The notes under the pieces are model-generated. The model did not search any database, was not told where the DNA came from, and worked only from the letters and a program-made list of their open reading frames with translations. The position numbers and the translations under genes are program-made. From Candidatus Dormiibacterota bacterium (GTDB lineage: Bacteria > Chloroflexota > Dormibacteria > Aeolococcales > Aeolococcaceae), in assembly GCA_041691155.1 (NCBI GenBank), contig JBEPVD010000002.1, forward strand, positions 2,109 to 66,108: 64,000 nucleotides of DNA, read 5' to 3'. Below are positions 44,805-54,539 of this stretch, piece after piece (position 1 is the stretch's first letter; the number at the start of each line of letters is the position of its first letter).

Positions 44805-46195
44805 GCGCGACGGACGTCGCGCGCTGGCAATTCGGGATCACGACGCTCTACCACTACATCTTCATACCGGTCACGCTCGGGCTCTCGTTCGTCGTGGCCG
44901 GCATGGAAACGGTGTACGCGCGCACCAAGAATCCCGCCTGGCGGCGCATGACGATCTTCTGGGGCCAGATCTTCGTGATCAACGTCGCCATGGGCGTGGT
45001 CACCGGCATCGTGCAGGAGTTTCAGTTCGGCATGAACTGGTCGACCTATTCCGCGTACGTCGGCGACGTGTTCGGCGCACCGCTCGCACTCGAAGGGCTC
45101 CTCGCGTTTTTCCTGGAGTCGACCTTCATCGGCGTGTGGATCTTCACCTGGGATCGATTCTCACCCCGACTGCACGCCACCGTGATGTGGATCACCGCCG
45201 CCGGTAGCTGGATCTCGGCGATCTTCATCCTTGTGGCGAATGCGTGGATGCAGCATCCGGTGGGCTACAGCCTCGACATGGCCACCGGACGAGCACAGCT
45301 CACCGATTTCGGCGCGCTCTTCTCCAACCCCGTCTTCCTCGTGACCCTCCCCCACACCATCCTCGCCGCCGGCCTCACCGCAGGCGCGATTTTGCTCGGG
45401 GTGGGCTGCTGGCACCTGCTCCGCAAGACTGACAACGCGATCTTCATGCCGACCGCGCGTATCGGCGCGGTGCTCACGCTCGTGACCTCGGTGCTGGTCG
45501 GTTTCAGCGGCCACGTCCAAGCGCAGATCATGACCACCGTGCAGCCGATGAAGATGGCGTCGGCCGAGGCACTGTTTCACGGTGAGAACGGCGCTGAGTT
45601 CTCGATCTTCGCCATCGGCGATGTCGCGGCGGGTAAGAACGCTTTCAACATCGCGCTCCCCCACATGCTCAGCGTGCTCGCCACCAACAGTTGGAACGGC
45701 TATGTCGCCGGCATCGACGACATCCAGACCGAGTACCAGCAGACGTTCGGGCCGGGTGACTACGAGCCGAACATCGCGGTGACGTATTGGACCTTCCGGA
45801 TCATGGTCGGCACCGCGTTTCTTTCGGGATTGATCGGCTTCATTGCGGCGTTGTTGTGGCGACGAGGCGTCCTCGGACGGCAACGATGGTTCGGGCGCGT
45901 CGCGCTGGGCGCGATCGCGCTGCCGTTCATCGGCAACTTCACGGGCTGGATCTTCACGGAGATGGGCCGCCAGCCTTGGGTGGTCTTCGGATTGCTGAAG
46001 ACATCGAACGCCGCCTCGCCATCTGTCGGAGCCATCTCGGTGTGGTTCACCTTCGTCGGCTTCACCGTGTTGTACGGCGTCCTTGCGGTGATCACCATCC
46101 GCCTCATGACGAGGCATGTTCGCTCGGCGCAGCGCGCTGACGAGCCCGCCGTGGTCGGTTCGCCGGACGCGCAACCCGCGCCGTTCGCGTACTAG
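44801..46195 (+). CDS. cydA: cytochrome bd ubiquinol/menaquinol oxidase subunit I
   Basis: ARWQFGITTLYHYIFIPVTLG, a Q-loop region, and the GRQPW motif (EMGRQPWVVFGLL). Confidence 0.95.
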   Translation: MSATDVARWQFGITTLYHYIFIPVTLGLSFVVAGMETVYARTKNPAWRRMTIFWGQIFVINVAMGVVTGIVQEFQFGMNWSTYSAYVGDVFGAPLALEGLLAFFLESTFIGVWIFTWDRFSPRLHATVMWITAAGSWISAIFILVANAWMQHPVGYSLDMATGRAQLTDFGALFSNPVFLVTLPHTILAAGLTAGAILLGVGCWHLLRKTDNAIFMPTARIGAVLTLVTSVLVGFSGHVQAQIMTTVQPMKMASAEALFHGENGAEFSIFAIGDVAAGKNAFNIALPHMLSVLATNSWNGYVAGIDDIQTEYQQTFGPGDYEPNIAVTYWTFRIMVGTAFLSGLIGFIAALLWRRGVLGRQRWFGRVALGAIALPFIGNFTGWIFTEMGRQPWVVFGLLKTSNAASPSVGAISVWFTFVGFTVLYGVLAVITIRLMTRHVRSAQRADEPAVVGSPDAQPAPFAY

Positions 46196-46204
46196 GTCAC
46201 GCAG

Positions 46205-47275
46205 ATGCCATCACCGTCCGGGATGCAGATCTTCTGGTTCGGCGTCATCGCGCTCCTTTGGATCATCTACTTCTTCCTTGAGGGATTCGACTTCGGCGTC
46301 GGCATGCTCCTGCCGTTCATCGGCCGCGACCCGGTGGAACGAAGCATGGTGATCCGGAGCATCGGACCCGTCTGGGACGGCAACGAGGTGTGGCTCCTCT
46401 TCGCCGGTGGCGCAACCTTCGCTGCATTTCCGCTCTGGTACGCAACGCTGTTCAGCGCCTTCTATGTTCCGCTGTTCCTGGTGCTCGTTGGATTGATCGT
46501 TCGCGGCGTGTCCTTCGAGTTTCGTCATCAGCGCGACGATGCGACCTGGCAGCGCCGCTGGGAGTGGGCGTCGTGCGTCGGCAGTCTGCTGCCCGCGGTC
46601 CTCTGGGGCGTGGCCTTCGCCGATGTGGTGCAGGGCATACCGATCAATGCGCATCACGAGTTCACCGGCTCGCTGCTCGACCTGCTCAGTCCGTACGGGC
46701 TGCTTGGCGGCATGACCTTCGGCTTGCTCTTCCTGCTGCACGGCGCAACCTACCTCTCGATGAAACTCACGGGCCCAGTCGGTGAGCGTGCGCATCTTGT
46801 GGCGTCGCGTCTTGCGTGGCCTGTGGCGATCGTGATGCTCGGCTTCCTCGCCTACACGTTTGGCAATGCGATCAATGCGAGCAATACCGGCGTGGTCCCC
46901 GGACCGGTGCCGGTCGCCGCCATCGCTTTGGTCGCCGTCAGCGCACCGCTGCTGCGCGGACGGTTCCATGGGTGGGCGTTCCTGTGCACGGGCGGCGCGA
47001 TCGCACTGATGGTGACCACGATCTTTCTCAACCTTTACCCGCGCGTCATCGCATCAAGCACGAACAACGCGTACAGCCTCACCGTGGCCAATGCCTCGGC
47101 AAGTCACTACGCACTGAGCGTCATCACCATCATCTCGGCGGTCTTTGTCCCGATCGTTGTGGTCTACCAGGCGTGGACGTACTGGGTCTTCCGGCAGCGC
47201 ATCACTCGCGAGGAGTTCGAACTGCCCAGGATCCTTCAGAAGCATCCCAGTCCCACCAAGCCCGACAGCGCGTGA
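46205..47275 (+). CDS. cydB: cytochrome bd oxidase subunit II
   Basis: FWFGVIALLWIIYFFLEGFDFGVGMLLPF...VWDGNEVWL. Confidence 0.9.
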   Translation: MPSPSGMQIFWFGVIALLWIIYFFLEGFDFGVGMLLPFIGRDPVERSMVIRSIGPVWDGNEVWLLFAGGATFAAFPLWYATLFSAFYVPLFLVLVGLIVRGVSFEFRHQRDDATWQRRWEWASCVGSLLPAVLWGVAFADVVQGIPINAHHEFTGSLLDLLSPYGLLGGMTFGLLFLLHGATYLSMKLTGPVGERAHLVASRLAWPVAIVMLGFLAYTFGNAINASNTGVVPGPVPVAAIALVAVSAPLLRGRFHGWAFLCTGGAIALMVTTIFLNLYPRVIASSTNNAYSLTVANASASHYALSVITIISAVFVPIVVVYQAWTYWVFRQRITREEFELPRILQKHPSPTKPDSA

Positions 47276-48927
47276 AGTGGTTCGATCGGCGGCTGCTCGC
47301 ACGGCCTGAGGCCCGGCGGGGAGTGCTGATCGCGACGTGGTCAGGTGCAGCGCAGAGCGCCTGCATCGTTGCAGGAGCTGCGGCGCTGGCAACCGTGCTC
47401 AGCGGCGTTTTCCAGCGCCACGAAGCAATCGGTGCACTCGCGACTCCGCTCGCGGTGTTTGCCGCGGCGGTAATCCTTCGCGCTGCGCTCATCTATACGG
47501 GCGAAGCGAACGGGCACGCGGCCGCGGCATCGGCGATTGCGGGGTTGCGTCGGCACGCGATCCGCGACCTTGTGGGGCGTGGACCGGTAGCGCTGAGCGC
47601 GACACCGAGCGGTGAGACTGCGGCGCAACTGACGTCGGGTCTGGACGGCCTCGATTTCTACTACGCGCGTTTTCTCCCGCAGATCGTCGTTGCAGTCGCC
47701 GTACCGGTGGTGGCGATCAGCTACGTGCTCACCGTGGACTGGGTGTCGGCAGTCATCCTCGCGGTGACACTGCCGATGATCCCGATCTTCGCCGCACTCA
47801 TCGGACACGTTGCGGAGGAGCGCACACGCAAGCGATGGCAGACGTTCCAGACCCTCGGCGGCTACTTCCTCGATGTCCTGCAAGGCCTTCCGACGTTGCG
47901 GCTGTTCGGCCGGAGCCGCGCCCAGGCGGCGCGAGTGCGCGACGTTTCCGACCGGCTGCGCTCCACCACCATGGCCACGTTGCGCATCGCGTTCCTGTCG
48001 TCGTTCGCACTCGAACTGCTCGCGAGTCTCGGGGTCGCATTGCTTGCGGTGACGATCGCTGTCCGTCTAGTGGACGGGACGCTCGATTTGCGCAGCGCCC
48101 TGACGGTGCTCATCCTCGCGCCCGAGATCTACCTGCCGGCGCGCACCTTGGGTGCCGCGTTCCACGGCAGCATGGAGGGCGTCGAGGCCGCCGGCGCGAT
48201 GTTCGAGACGATGAGCACGTCGCCAACCATCCGCGCCAGCCGCGCCGTGCCCATCAGCGGATTTGGTATCCGACTCGAGCTCGTGACCTTTGCGCACCTG
48301 GGACGCACTGCGGGGCTCGTCGATGTCGATGGCGCGATCGAATCCGGTGAGCGGGTGGTGCTCCGTGGGCCGAGCGGCGCCGGTAAATCGACACTCCTTT
48401 CGTTGTTGCTCGGCCTCACCCGCGCACAGACGGGGACGGTGCGTGTCGGGGGCGTTGACATCGCAGCGACGCACACGTCCGACTGGAGCCAGGTCATCGC
48501 GTGGCTGCCCCAGCACCCGCACCTCTTTTCGGGATCCATTGCGGACAACGTGCTGCTCGGCCGTCCGGATGCGACCAACGTCGAGGTGTGCGAGGCGCTG
48601 GCCAAGGTCGGAGCCGACTTCGTCGCGCAACTGCCCCAGGGAGTCGACACCGTGGTCGGCGAGCAGGGAGTCACCCTCAGCGGTGGGGAGCGGCAGCGTG
48701 TGGCACTCGCGAGAACGCTGCTGCGAGGCTGTCCGATCGTCCTGCTGGATGAGCCTCTCGCCCATCTCGACCCTCGAAGTCGCCGGACGATCACTGCGGC
48801 GCTCGAGGAGCACACTCGTGGGCGCACCGTGATCATTGCGGCGCACGCAGTCGATCACTTCCCCTGGGCGGATCGATCGATCGACATCGGCGCGCCAGCA
48901 CCGGCGTTCCAGGTGGCGACGACGTGA
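47272..48927 (+). CDS. cydD: thiol reductant ABC exporter subunit CydD
   Basis: TMD + NBD (GPSGAGKSTL, LSGGERQRVALAR, LLDEP). GTG 47272 overlaps the cydB stop. Position in the cydABDC order. Confidence 0.85.
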   Translation: MKWFDRRLLARPEARRGVLIATWSGAAQSACIVAGAAALATVLSGVFQRHEAIGALATPLAVFAAAVILRAALIYTGEANGHAAAASAIAGLRRHAIRDLVGRGPVALSATPSGETAAQLTSGLDGLDFYYARFLPQIVVAVAVPVVAISYVLTVDWVSAVILAVTLPMIPIFAALIGHVAEERTRKRWQTFQTLGGYFLDVLQGLPTLRLFGRSRAQAARVRDVSDRLRSTTMATLRIAFLSSFALELLASLGVALLAVTIAVRLVDGTLDLRSALTVLILAPEIYLPARTLGAAFHGSMEGVEAAGAMFETMSTSPTIRASRAVPISGFGIRLELVTFAHLGRTAGLVDVDGAIESGERVVLRGPSGAGKSTLLSLLLGLTRAQTGTVRVGGVDIAATHTSDWSQVIAWLPQHPHLFSGSIADNVLLGRPDATNVEVCEALAKVGADFVAQLPQGVDTVVGEQGVTLSGGERQRVALARTLLRGCPIVLLDEPLAHLDPRSRRTITAALEEHTRGRTVIIAAHAVDHFPWADRSIDIGAPAPAFQVATT

Positions 48928-50603
48928 TCTCGCAGCCGTGGGCATTTCTCGCCGGCGGTGCGGTGCCGCGCCTCCCGCGCCTCGTCGCCGCGGCGCTGGT
49001 ATCGCTGCTCTGCATCGCGTCCGGCGTCGCACTTCTTGCGGTCGCCGGCTACCTGATTCAGGAGGCGAGCCTGCGCCCGCCCATCCTCTCGCTCGACGTT
49101 GCCGCGGTCGGCGTCCGCCTGTTCAGCCTTCTCCGCGCATCCGGGCGGTATCTCGATCGTCTGGCCACCCACGACACCGTGCTCCGCCTCCTGGCTGACA
49201 CCCGGGTCGCCGTCTACGAGGCAATCGAGCCCCGCGCGCCCGGCGCCTTCGATCGCGATCGCTCAGGGGATCTCATGCGACGGATCGGCGGCGACGTGGA
49301 CAGGCTCCAGGACTTCTACGCGCGCTCAGTGCTGCCCCCCGCCGTCGCGCTGCTGGCCGTCACTGGGGCCGCGATCGTCGTCGGGGTCACGTCGGCCCCC
49401 GCGGGGATCACCGGCATCATGGTGATGGCGCTCGGGTCGACGGGAATCGTCCTCGCTGCGACGCTACCGGCACGCGGTGTCGCCGGCCATCTCGCCGCCC
49501 TCGCGGGAACGCTGTCGGCGGAGATCACCGACACGCTCCAGGGGTGCGCCGACCTCATCGGCGCGGGTGCGATCGACCGGCAACTCACTCGGATCGACGC
49601 CCTCACCGCCGAAATCGAGCGCAGCTCGACCCGGCTCGCGCGTTCACGAGCACTGGCAAGCGGGCTGGTCTCGCTCGCGGGCGGTGTGACCGTCATCGCC
49701 GTGGTGATCGCCGCCGGCCTGGCTGTCTCCGCGGGTGCGCTTCCGGCAATCGCCGTCGGGATCATCGCGCTGGGTGCGATGGCGATGACCGAGCCGTTCG
49801 CGCTCCTCCCCGCCGCCGTCGTCGGCGTGCGCACCGGACTGCCGTCAGCGCAGCGCCTCGTTGATCTCGGCACTCGCCCGATCCCCGTGGTAGACCCCGC
49901 GAGCCCGGAGCCGTTGCCCGACGGGAGCATCGTTGTCCTCGATGAGATCTCGATGCGCTACGCGCCCGACCTGCCCCCGGCCGTCGATGGCGTGAGCCTC
50001 CGACTCGAGCCGGGGAGTCGCATCGGCATACACGGGCCAAGCGGGAGCGGGAAGTCGTCACTTGCCTGGGTGCTGGTGCGCTTTCGCGCGTTCGACTCGG
50101 GGGGCTTCACGCTGGGTGGCGTGGACGTCCGTGAGCTCGCCGCCGACGACGTGCGCCGGCGGATCGGGCTCGTCTCACAGGACGCCCACATGTTCGCAAC
50201 CTCCATCAAAGAAAACCTCCGCCTCGCCCGTGTGACGGCAACCGACGCCGAACTCCGCGAGGCGGCTGCCGGTGCCCACCTGCTCGAGTGGATCGACGGG
50301 TTGCCCAACGGCTGGGACACGATGGTCGGCGAGCACGGTGCGCAAATCTCCGGCGGACAGCGCCGGCGGCTCGCGCTCGCCCGAGCGCTTCTCGCCGGCT
50401 TCCCGGTACTGGTGGTCGACGAACCCACGGAAGCGCTCGACGAAGCGACGGCTGCGGCGGTGATGCGAGACATCGTCGAGGCCAGCCACCGTCGCGCGCT
50501 GCTGGTTATCAGCCATCGCGCTGCCGATATGGCGTCGCTCGATGAGGTCTATCTGATGCGCAGCGGCCGCCTGACAGAGTCCGGGCCCTCGAACAGGGGA
50601 TAA
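48924..50603 (+). CDS. cydC: thiol reductant ABC exporter subunit CydC
   Basis: TMD + NBD (GPSGSGKSSL, ISGGQRRRLALAR, VVDEPT). GTGA overlap with cydD. Confidence 0.85.
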   Translation: MISQPWAFLAGGAVPRLPRLVAAALVSLLCIASGVALLAVAGYLIQEASLRPPILSLDVAAVGVRLFSLLRASGRYLDRLATHDTVLRLLADTRVAVYEAIEPRAPGAFDRDRSGDLMRRIGGDVDRLQDFYARSVLPPAVALLAVTGAAIVVGVTSAPAGITGIMVMALGSTGIVLAATLPARGVAGHLAALAGTLSAEITDTLQGCADLIGAGAIDRQLTRIDALTAEIERSSTRLARSRALASGLVSLAGGVTVIAVVIAAGLAVSAGALPAIAVGIIALGAMAMTEPFALLPAAVVGVRTGLPSAQRLVDLGTRPIPVVDPASPEPLPDGSIVVLDEISMRYAPDLPPAVDGVSLRLEPGSRIGIHGPSGSGKSSLAWVLVRFRAFDSGGFTLGGVDVRELAADDVRRRIGLVSQDAHMFATSIKENLRLARVTATDAELREAAAGAHLLEWIDGLPNGWDTMVGEHGAQISGGQRRRLALARALLAGFPVLVVDEPTEALDEATAAAVMRDIVEASHRRALLVISHRAADMASLDEVYLMRSGRLTESGPSNRG

Positions 50604-50633
50604 TTCCCCGATGCGATCAGGCCGGATGCACCA

Positions 50634-51029
50634 CTACTCCGACTCGCTCGCACCCATGGTGATGCTGCCGTTCACGGTGCCGCCGTCGTCGACGCGCAGC
50701 CGCGACGCGCGCACGTCACCGAGAATCACGCCGCTCCCGGAAACGGTCAGACGCGCGTGTGCGACCACGTTGCCGGCCACATTCCCGCGAACATTGACAT
50801 TGCGCCCGTCAAGACGCGCGCGCACCGTTGCCGACGACTCGACGTCGATGTCGCCGGAGGCGCTGATCTCGCCGTCGGCAGTCCCTTCGATGTGGAGGTC
50901 ACCTTCGATCGTGAGCGACCCGTTGAGAACATCGCGCGGACCCAACGTGACTCCCTTGGCGCCCGCGGCGCCGTTTCGGTGACCGCCGCGTGGAATGGAC
51001 GCCTCTTCGATTGCCGTGACGTTCTCCAT
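50634..51029 (-). CDS. bactofilin (polymer-forming cytoskeletal protein, DUF583) paralogue 1
   Basis: Beta-helical repeat pattern LNGSLTIEGDLHIEGTADGEISASGDIDVESSATVRARLDGRNVNVRGNVAGNVVAHARLTVSGSGVILGDVRASRLRVDDGGTVNGSITM. Confidence 0.8.
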   Translation of the reverse strand: MENVTAIEEASIPRGGHRNGAAGAKGVTLGPRDVLNGSLTIEGDLHIEGTADGEISASGDIDVESSATVRARLDGRNVNVRGNVAGNVVAHARLTVSGSGVILGDVRASRLRVDDGGTVNGSITMGASESE

Positions 51030-51129
51030 GGATGTCTCCTCACCTTCTCGTCCGCTCGTCGGCGCATATCGTACCGATCCGGCGCCACATCCGCATGAGG
51101 GCCGAGAGGTCCAGGACGAACAGGGATCG

Positions 51130-52074
51130 ATGTCGCTGAGCGGGCATCCGGATACCTTCCTAGGGTTGCAGCTCGACTTCCACCGCGATGCCGCGAAGCG
51201 TTACGACCTGTGGGCAGGTGGCGCAAACGTTCGTGCTGCCGACCGGCTGGCGGCGTTCGCCGAACTGCAGTCGGACGAACGTGTGATCGATGTCGCGTGT
51301 GGCACGGGACTGGTGAGTCGCTCTCTCGGGATTTCGCAGTCGAATCTCGAGCATATGGCGGTCGACCTTTCGCCGGACATGATTGCCGTCGCGCGCGGAC
51401 ACGCCGGTGGCGACACCGGTGTTCAGTACCACGTGATGGATGCGCATCACCTCGCGTTCAACGGCGACATGTTCGATGTGGCGGTGCTCGGCCAGGCACT
51501 CGGGTACTTCGAGGATCCGTGGCAGGCGCTGTCAGAGATCCGTCGCGTGCTCAAACCACATGGGCGCATCGCGGTGTCATGCCGGTGCCGGAGCCTGTCG
51601 ACCCCGGCGCAGGGCGTGTTTTTCGAACGCCTGGAGCGGCTCGCGATTCGGCGGGGCCGAACCCCTGCGCATCACGCACTCTTCGGTGAGCCGTGGGTGC
51701 TCACCGACATGCTTGAAATGGCCGGATTCACCGACGTTCGCGTGACTCAGTTGCTTGTCGGTGTGCGTGCTGACGATGTGCACGAATGGACCGAGATGAT
51801 GGAGTGGTCGGGGCCGTGGCCCCACGCGATGATCGGCTTGCTCAGTCCCGGCGCGCGCGCGACCTTCGAGGAAGAACTCGACCGCACCATGCACCGCCTC
51901 GGCGAAGGTGACTACGCGTTTCACGGCGCATTCACCCTCGCCTGCGGGCGGCTCCGCGACCAGTCCCCTGCTCAGCCCTCGTCTGAGTCCGAGCCCGCGG
52001 AAACCGCAGAGGTTTCCGCTGACCGTTCGTCGCTGTACCCATCCGAATCGGAGCCCGCGCTGACTTCAGCGTAG
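51130..52074 (+). CDS. class I SAM-dependent methyltransferase with Ser/Glu/Pro-rich tail
   Basis: Motif I VIDVACGTGLV and post-I DLSPDMI. ATG 51130. The last 103 nt overlap the convergent bactofilin gene. Confidence 0.75.
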   Translation: MSLSGHPDTFLGLQLDFHRDAAKRYDLWAGGANVRAADRLAAFAELQSDERVIDVACGTGLVSRSLGISQSNLEHMAVDLSPDMIAVARGHAGGDTGVQYHVMDAHHLAFNGDMFDVAVLGQALGYFEDPWQALSEIRRVLKPHGRIAVSCRCRSLSTPAQGVFFERLERLAIRRGRTPAHHALFGEPWVLTDMLEMAGFTDVRVTQLLVGVRADDVHEWTEMMEWSGPWPHAMIGLLSPGARATFEEELDRTMHRLGEGDYAFHGAFTLACGRLRDQSPAQPSSESEPAETAEVSADRSSLYPSESEPALTSA

Positions 52075-52559
52075 GCGCCGTGGTCGCTCTCCTCACCGAC
52101 GGGTGAGCCGGTGACGTCCACCGTGTCCTCGTCGTCGTGCTCGTCCATGTGGCGGGCAGGCGGCGCGTCGCCACTCGGACCCATCGTGATCATGGCGTTG
52201 ACGTTCGCACCCTCATCGATGCGCAGGCGTCCGGCGCGAATCTCACCACTGATGACTGCGCTGTCGCCGATCGACACCAGCTCAACGGCGACGATGTTGC
52301 CTTCGAGATTACCGGTGACCACGATGTCGCGCGCGCCGATCTGCGCTCGAACGGTTGCGCTGTCATGCACGGTCACTTCGCCGGTCGCGGTCACGTCGCC
52401 CTGCACAGTGCCCTCGATGCGGACGTCACCGTCAACCGTCAAGGTACCGACCAGCGAATCGCGCGGTCCAAGTGTCACTGTGCCTGTCGAGCCGGACGGT
52501 GCGGAAGCCGCTGCACCACGGCGTCCACGCTTCGATGTACCGGTGTCGCTCGTGTCCAA
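51972..52559 (-). CDS. bactofilin paralogue 2 with long acidic Ser/Asp-rich C-terminal tail
   Basis: LVGTLTVDGDVRIEGTVQGDVTATGEVTVHDSATVRAQIGARDIVVTGNLEGNIVAVELVSIGDSAVISGEIRAGRLRIDEGANVNAMITM, then the tail DEHDDEDT...SAGSDSDGYSDE...SAGSDSDEG. Confidence 0.8.
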   Translation of the reverse strand: MDTSDTGTSKRGRRGAAASAPSGSTGTVTLGPRDSLVGTLTVDGDVRIEGTVQGDVTATGEVTVHDSATVRAQIGARDIVVTGNLEGNIVAVELVSIGDSAVISGEIRAGRLRIDEGANVNAMITMGPSGDAPPARHMDEHDDEDTVDVTGSPVGEESDHGAYAEVSAGSDSDGYSDERSAETSAVSAGSDSDEG

Positions 52560-52628
52560 TGCGGCTCCTTCGCTACGGCTCGGCGGACTGCGGTGGCCGG
52601 TATCGTACGAGAGCGCCGCTCCGGCAGG

Positions 52629-53441
52629 TCAGCCGTCGAGGTTACGAACCGCGAAATGCGTGAAGTCGACGACCGACGGTTGTGCCGCCGTCGTCGACGT
52701 GACCAGTGACGGTGTCCAACCGCCGCCGGATCCGAACACCGAATCGAGCACGTTGGCAACCACGGTGCCCTGGACGGCGAGCACGAGGCGGACGCTGGCT
52801 CTGCCCTGGTCTGACTTGACCACGATGCAGGCGCCGGTGACGGACGTTGCGGCGCCGGCAAGCGCTATGGGCGCGAGCCCGCGGCTGAGGCTCACCGGCG
52901 TTGCGGTGGGGTTGTTGTACCGGTCTACGAGGAAGGTGCCGGCGGGATTGAGAAAGAATGCGTACGCAGGATCCCCGTCCGACGCCGGATTGCAGCGCAC
53001 CCCATAACCGGAGGTCACCGGGTCGCCGCTCGTGACGGTGGCGGTGACCGTGATCGCCAGGGCGACGAGTGACGTTGAGTACGGCGACGACACGAAGTGC
53101 GAGTGAGCACCCACGCCGGAGACGACATAGCCGCCTCGGCGGTACCCGATCGTGCTGCCGGAGGCGAGCGTAGTCTGCGGCCATCCGGACTTGGGCGCCG
53201 TGAAGCCGTCCGAGAACACGACCGATCCACTCGTCAGCGTGAGCGCCTGGGGATTCGCTGCCGGCTTCCGAATGACCAGGATCAGAAGGAGCACGACGAT
53301 GGCCGCCACGACGATCGAGAGCACCACGACCCCGGCGATGAGGATTGCACGGCCCGCGTCGCGGCCGGAGGCCTGGCCCGTCAACGATGGGTGGGGTGGG
53401 TGCGGCGTCAGCCGCTGTGGCTCGGGACCCAGGCCGGTCAC
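52629..53441 (-). CDS. single-pass membrane protein with ~190-aa extracytoplasmic domain, unknown function
   Basis: GTG 53441 overlaps the upstream stop (GTGA). TM segment AILIAGVVVLSIVVAAIVVLLLILVI. The 385-aa ORF extension is Arg-rich and overlaps the oxidase gene, so it is rejected. Confidence 0.6.
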   Translation of the reverse strand: MTGLGPEPQRLTPHPPHPSLTGQASGRDAGRAILIAGVVVLSIVVAAIVVLLLILVIRKPAANPQALTLTSGSVVFSDGFTAPKSGWPQTTLASGSTIGYRRGGYVVSGVGAHSHFVSSPYSTSLVALAITVTATVTSGDPVTSGYGVRCNPASDGDPAYAFFLNPAGTFLVDRYNNPTATPVSLSRGLAPIALAGAATSVTGACIVVKSDQGRASVRLVLAVQGTVVANVLDSVFGSGGGWTPSLVTSTTAAQPSVVDFTHFAVRNLDG

Positions 53442-54493
53442 GCCAGGAGGTCGCGTGCGATGTCGGCGATCCGGGCGACCCCTGCGAGACCCATCGCGTG
53501 GTCGAGTTCCTCGCGATAGGTGTCGAGCACGCGCTGGACCCCGTTCGCCCCGCCGGCGCCGAGCCCCCAGAGCACGGGGCGACCGACCATGGTCGCGGTC
53601 GCGCCGAGCGCGAGCGCCACCAGGACATCGGTTCCACTCCGTATCCCCCCGTCCACGAGCACGAGCCCGCGACCCTCGACGGCGGCGACGACTTCGGGAA
53701 GCGCGATCGCCGACGCCACGGCTCGGTCCAATTGACGCCCTCCATGGTTGGAGACGACCACTCCGGCCGCTCCCGCATCGAGGCACCGGACCGCGTCGTC
53801 GCCCCGCAGCACGCCTTTGACGAGCACCGGGAGGTCGGCGATGTCGCGCAACCAGGCGATCGTCTCGAAGGTGATCGACCGGTCCTGGTTGATGCTCTCG
53901 GTCACCACTTCGAAGGGGGCGTCAGGCTCGAGGTGCGTGCCGAAGTTGACCAGGTGCTGCTCGAGGCTCACCGGTGGGATGTGCCCACGGCGCTTGAAAC
54001 CGATGTACGGCGTGTCGGCGGTCACCATCAGCGCCGTCGCCCCCAGGCCCGCAGCGCGGCGCACCAGTTCCTCGGTCAGACGCCGTTCGCGGAGGACATA
54101 GACCTGATACCACCATGGTCCGGTCAGTGCGGCCGCGATGTCTTCGAGGCGACGCGTTGCCCGCGTTGTGACCACCAAGAGCCCGCCCGCCTGACTGACT
54201 CCACGCGCCATCTCCACCTCACCCTCGGCGTGGACGACGCTCTGGTAGGCGGTCGGCGCCACGACGAGCGGCATCGCGAGCTCGGCGCCGAGCACCGTCG
54301 TGCTGAGGTCCGGCGCTACGGGCGCTTGAAAGATGCGAGGCCGCAGGCGCTGACGTCGCCAGGCTGCGCTGGACTCCTCGAGGCTGAGCTCGTCACCGGC
54401 GCCGGCTGCGACGTAGTCGAACGCAGCTGGTGTCATGTTGATCCGCGCGGCAAGCTCGTACTCGGCGAGCAGATCGGACAGTGATTGCTCCAT
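53438..54493 (-). CDS. FMN-dependent alpha-hydroxy-acid oxidase/dehydrogenase (LldD/lactate oxidase family)
   Basis: AFDYVAAGAGDE..., TADTPYIG, VKGVL, VSNHGGRQLD and DGGIRSGTDV. ATG 54493. Confidence 0.85.
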   Translation of the reverse strand: MEQSLSDLLAEYELAARINMTPAAFDYVAAGAGDELSLEESSAAWRRQRLRPRIFQAPVAPDLSTTVLGAELAMPLVVAPTAYQSVVHAEGEVEMARGVSQAGGLLVVTTRATRRLEDIAAALTGPWWYQVYVLRERRLTEELVRRAAGLGATALMVTADTPYIGFKRRGHIPPVSLEQHLVNFGTHLEPDAPFEVVTESINQDRSITFETIAWLRDIADLPVLVKGVLRGDDAVRCLDAGAAGVVVSNHGGRQLDRAVASAIALPEVVAAVEGRGLVLVDGGIRSGTDVLVALALGATATMVGRPVLWGLGAGGANGVQRVLDTYREELDHAMGLAGVARIADIARDLLA

Positions 54494-54539
54494 GCCGTGG
54501 ATTGTCGGCCAGCGGGGCATCATGTCGGGGCGGGGTCGT

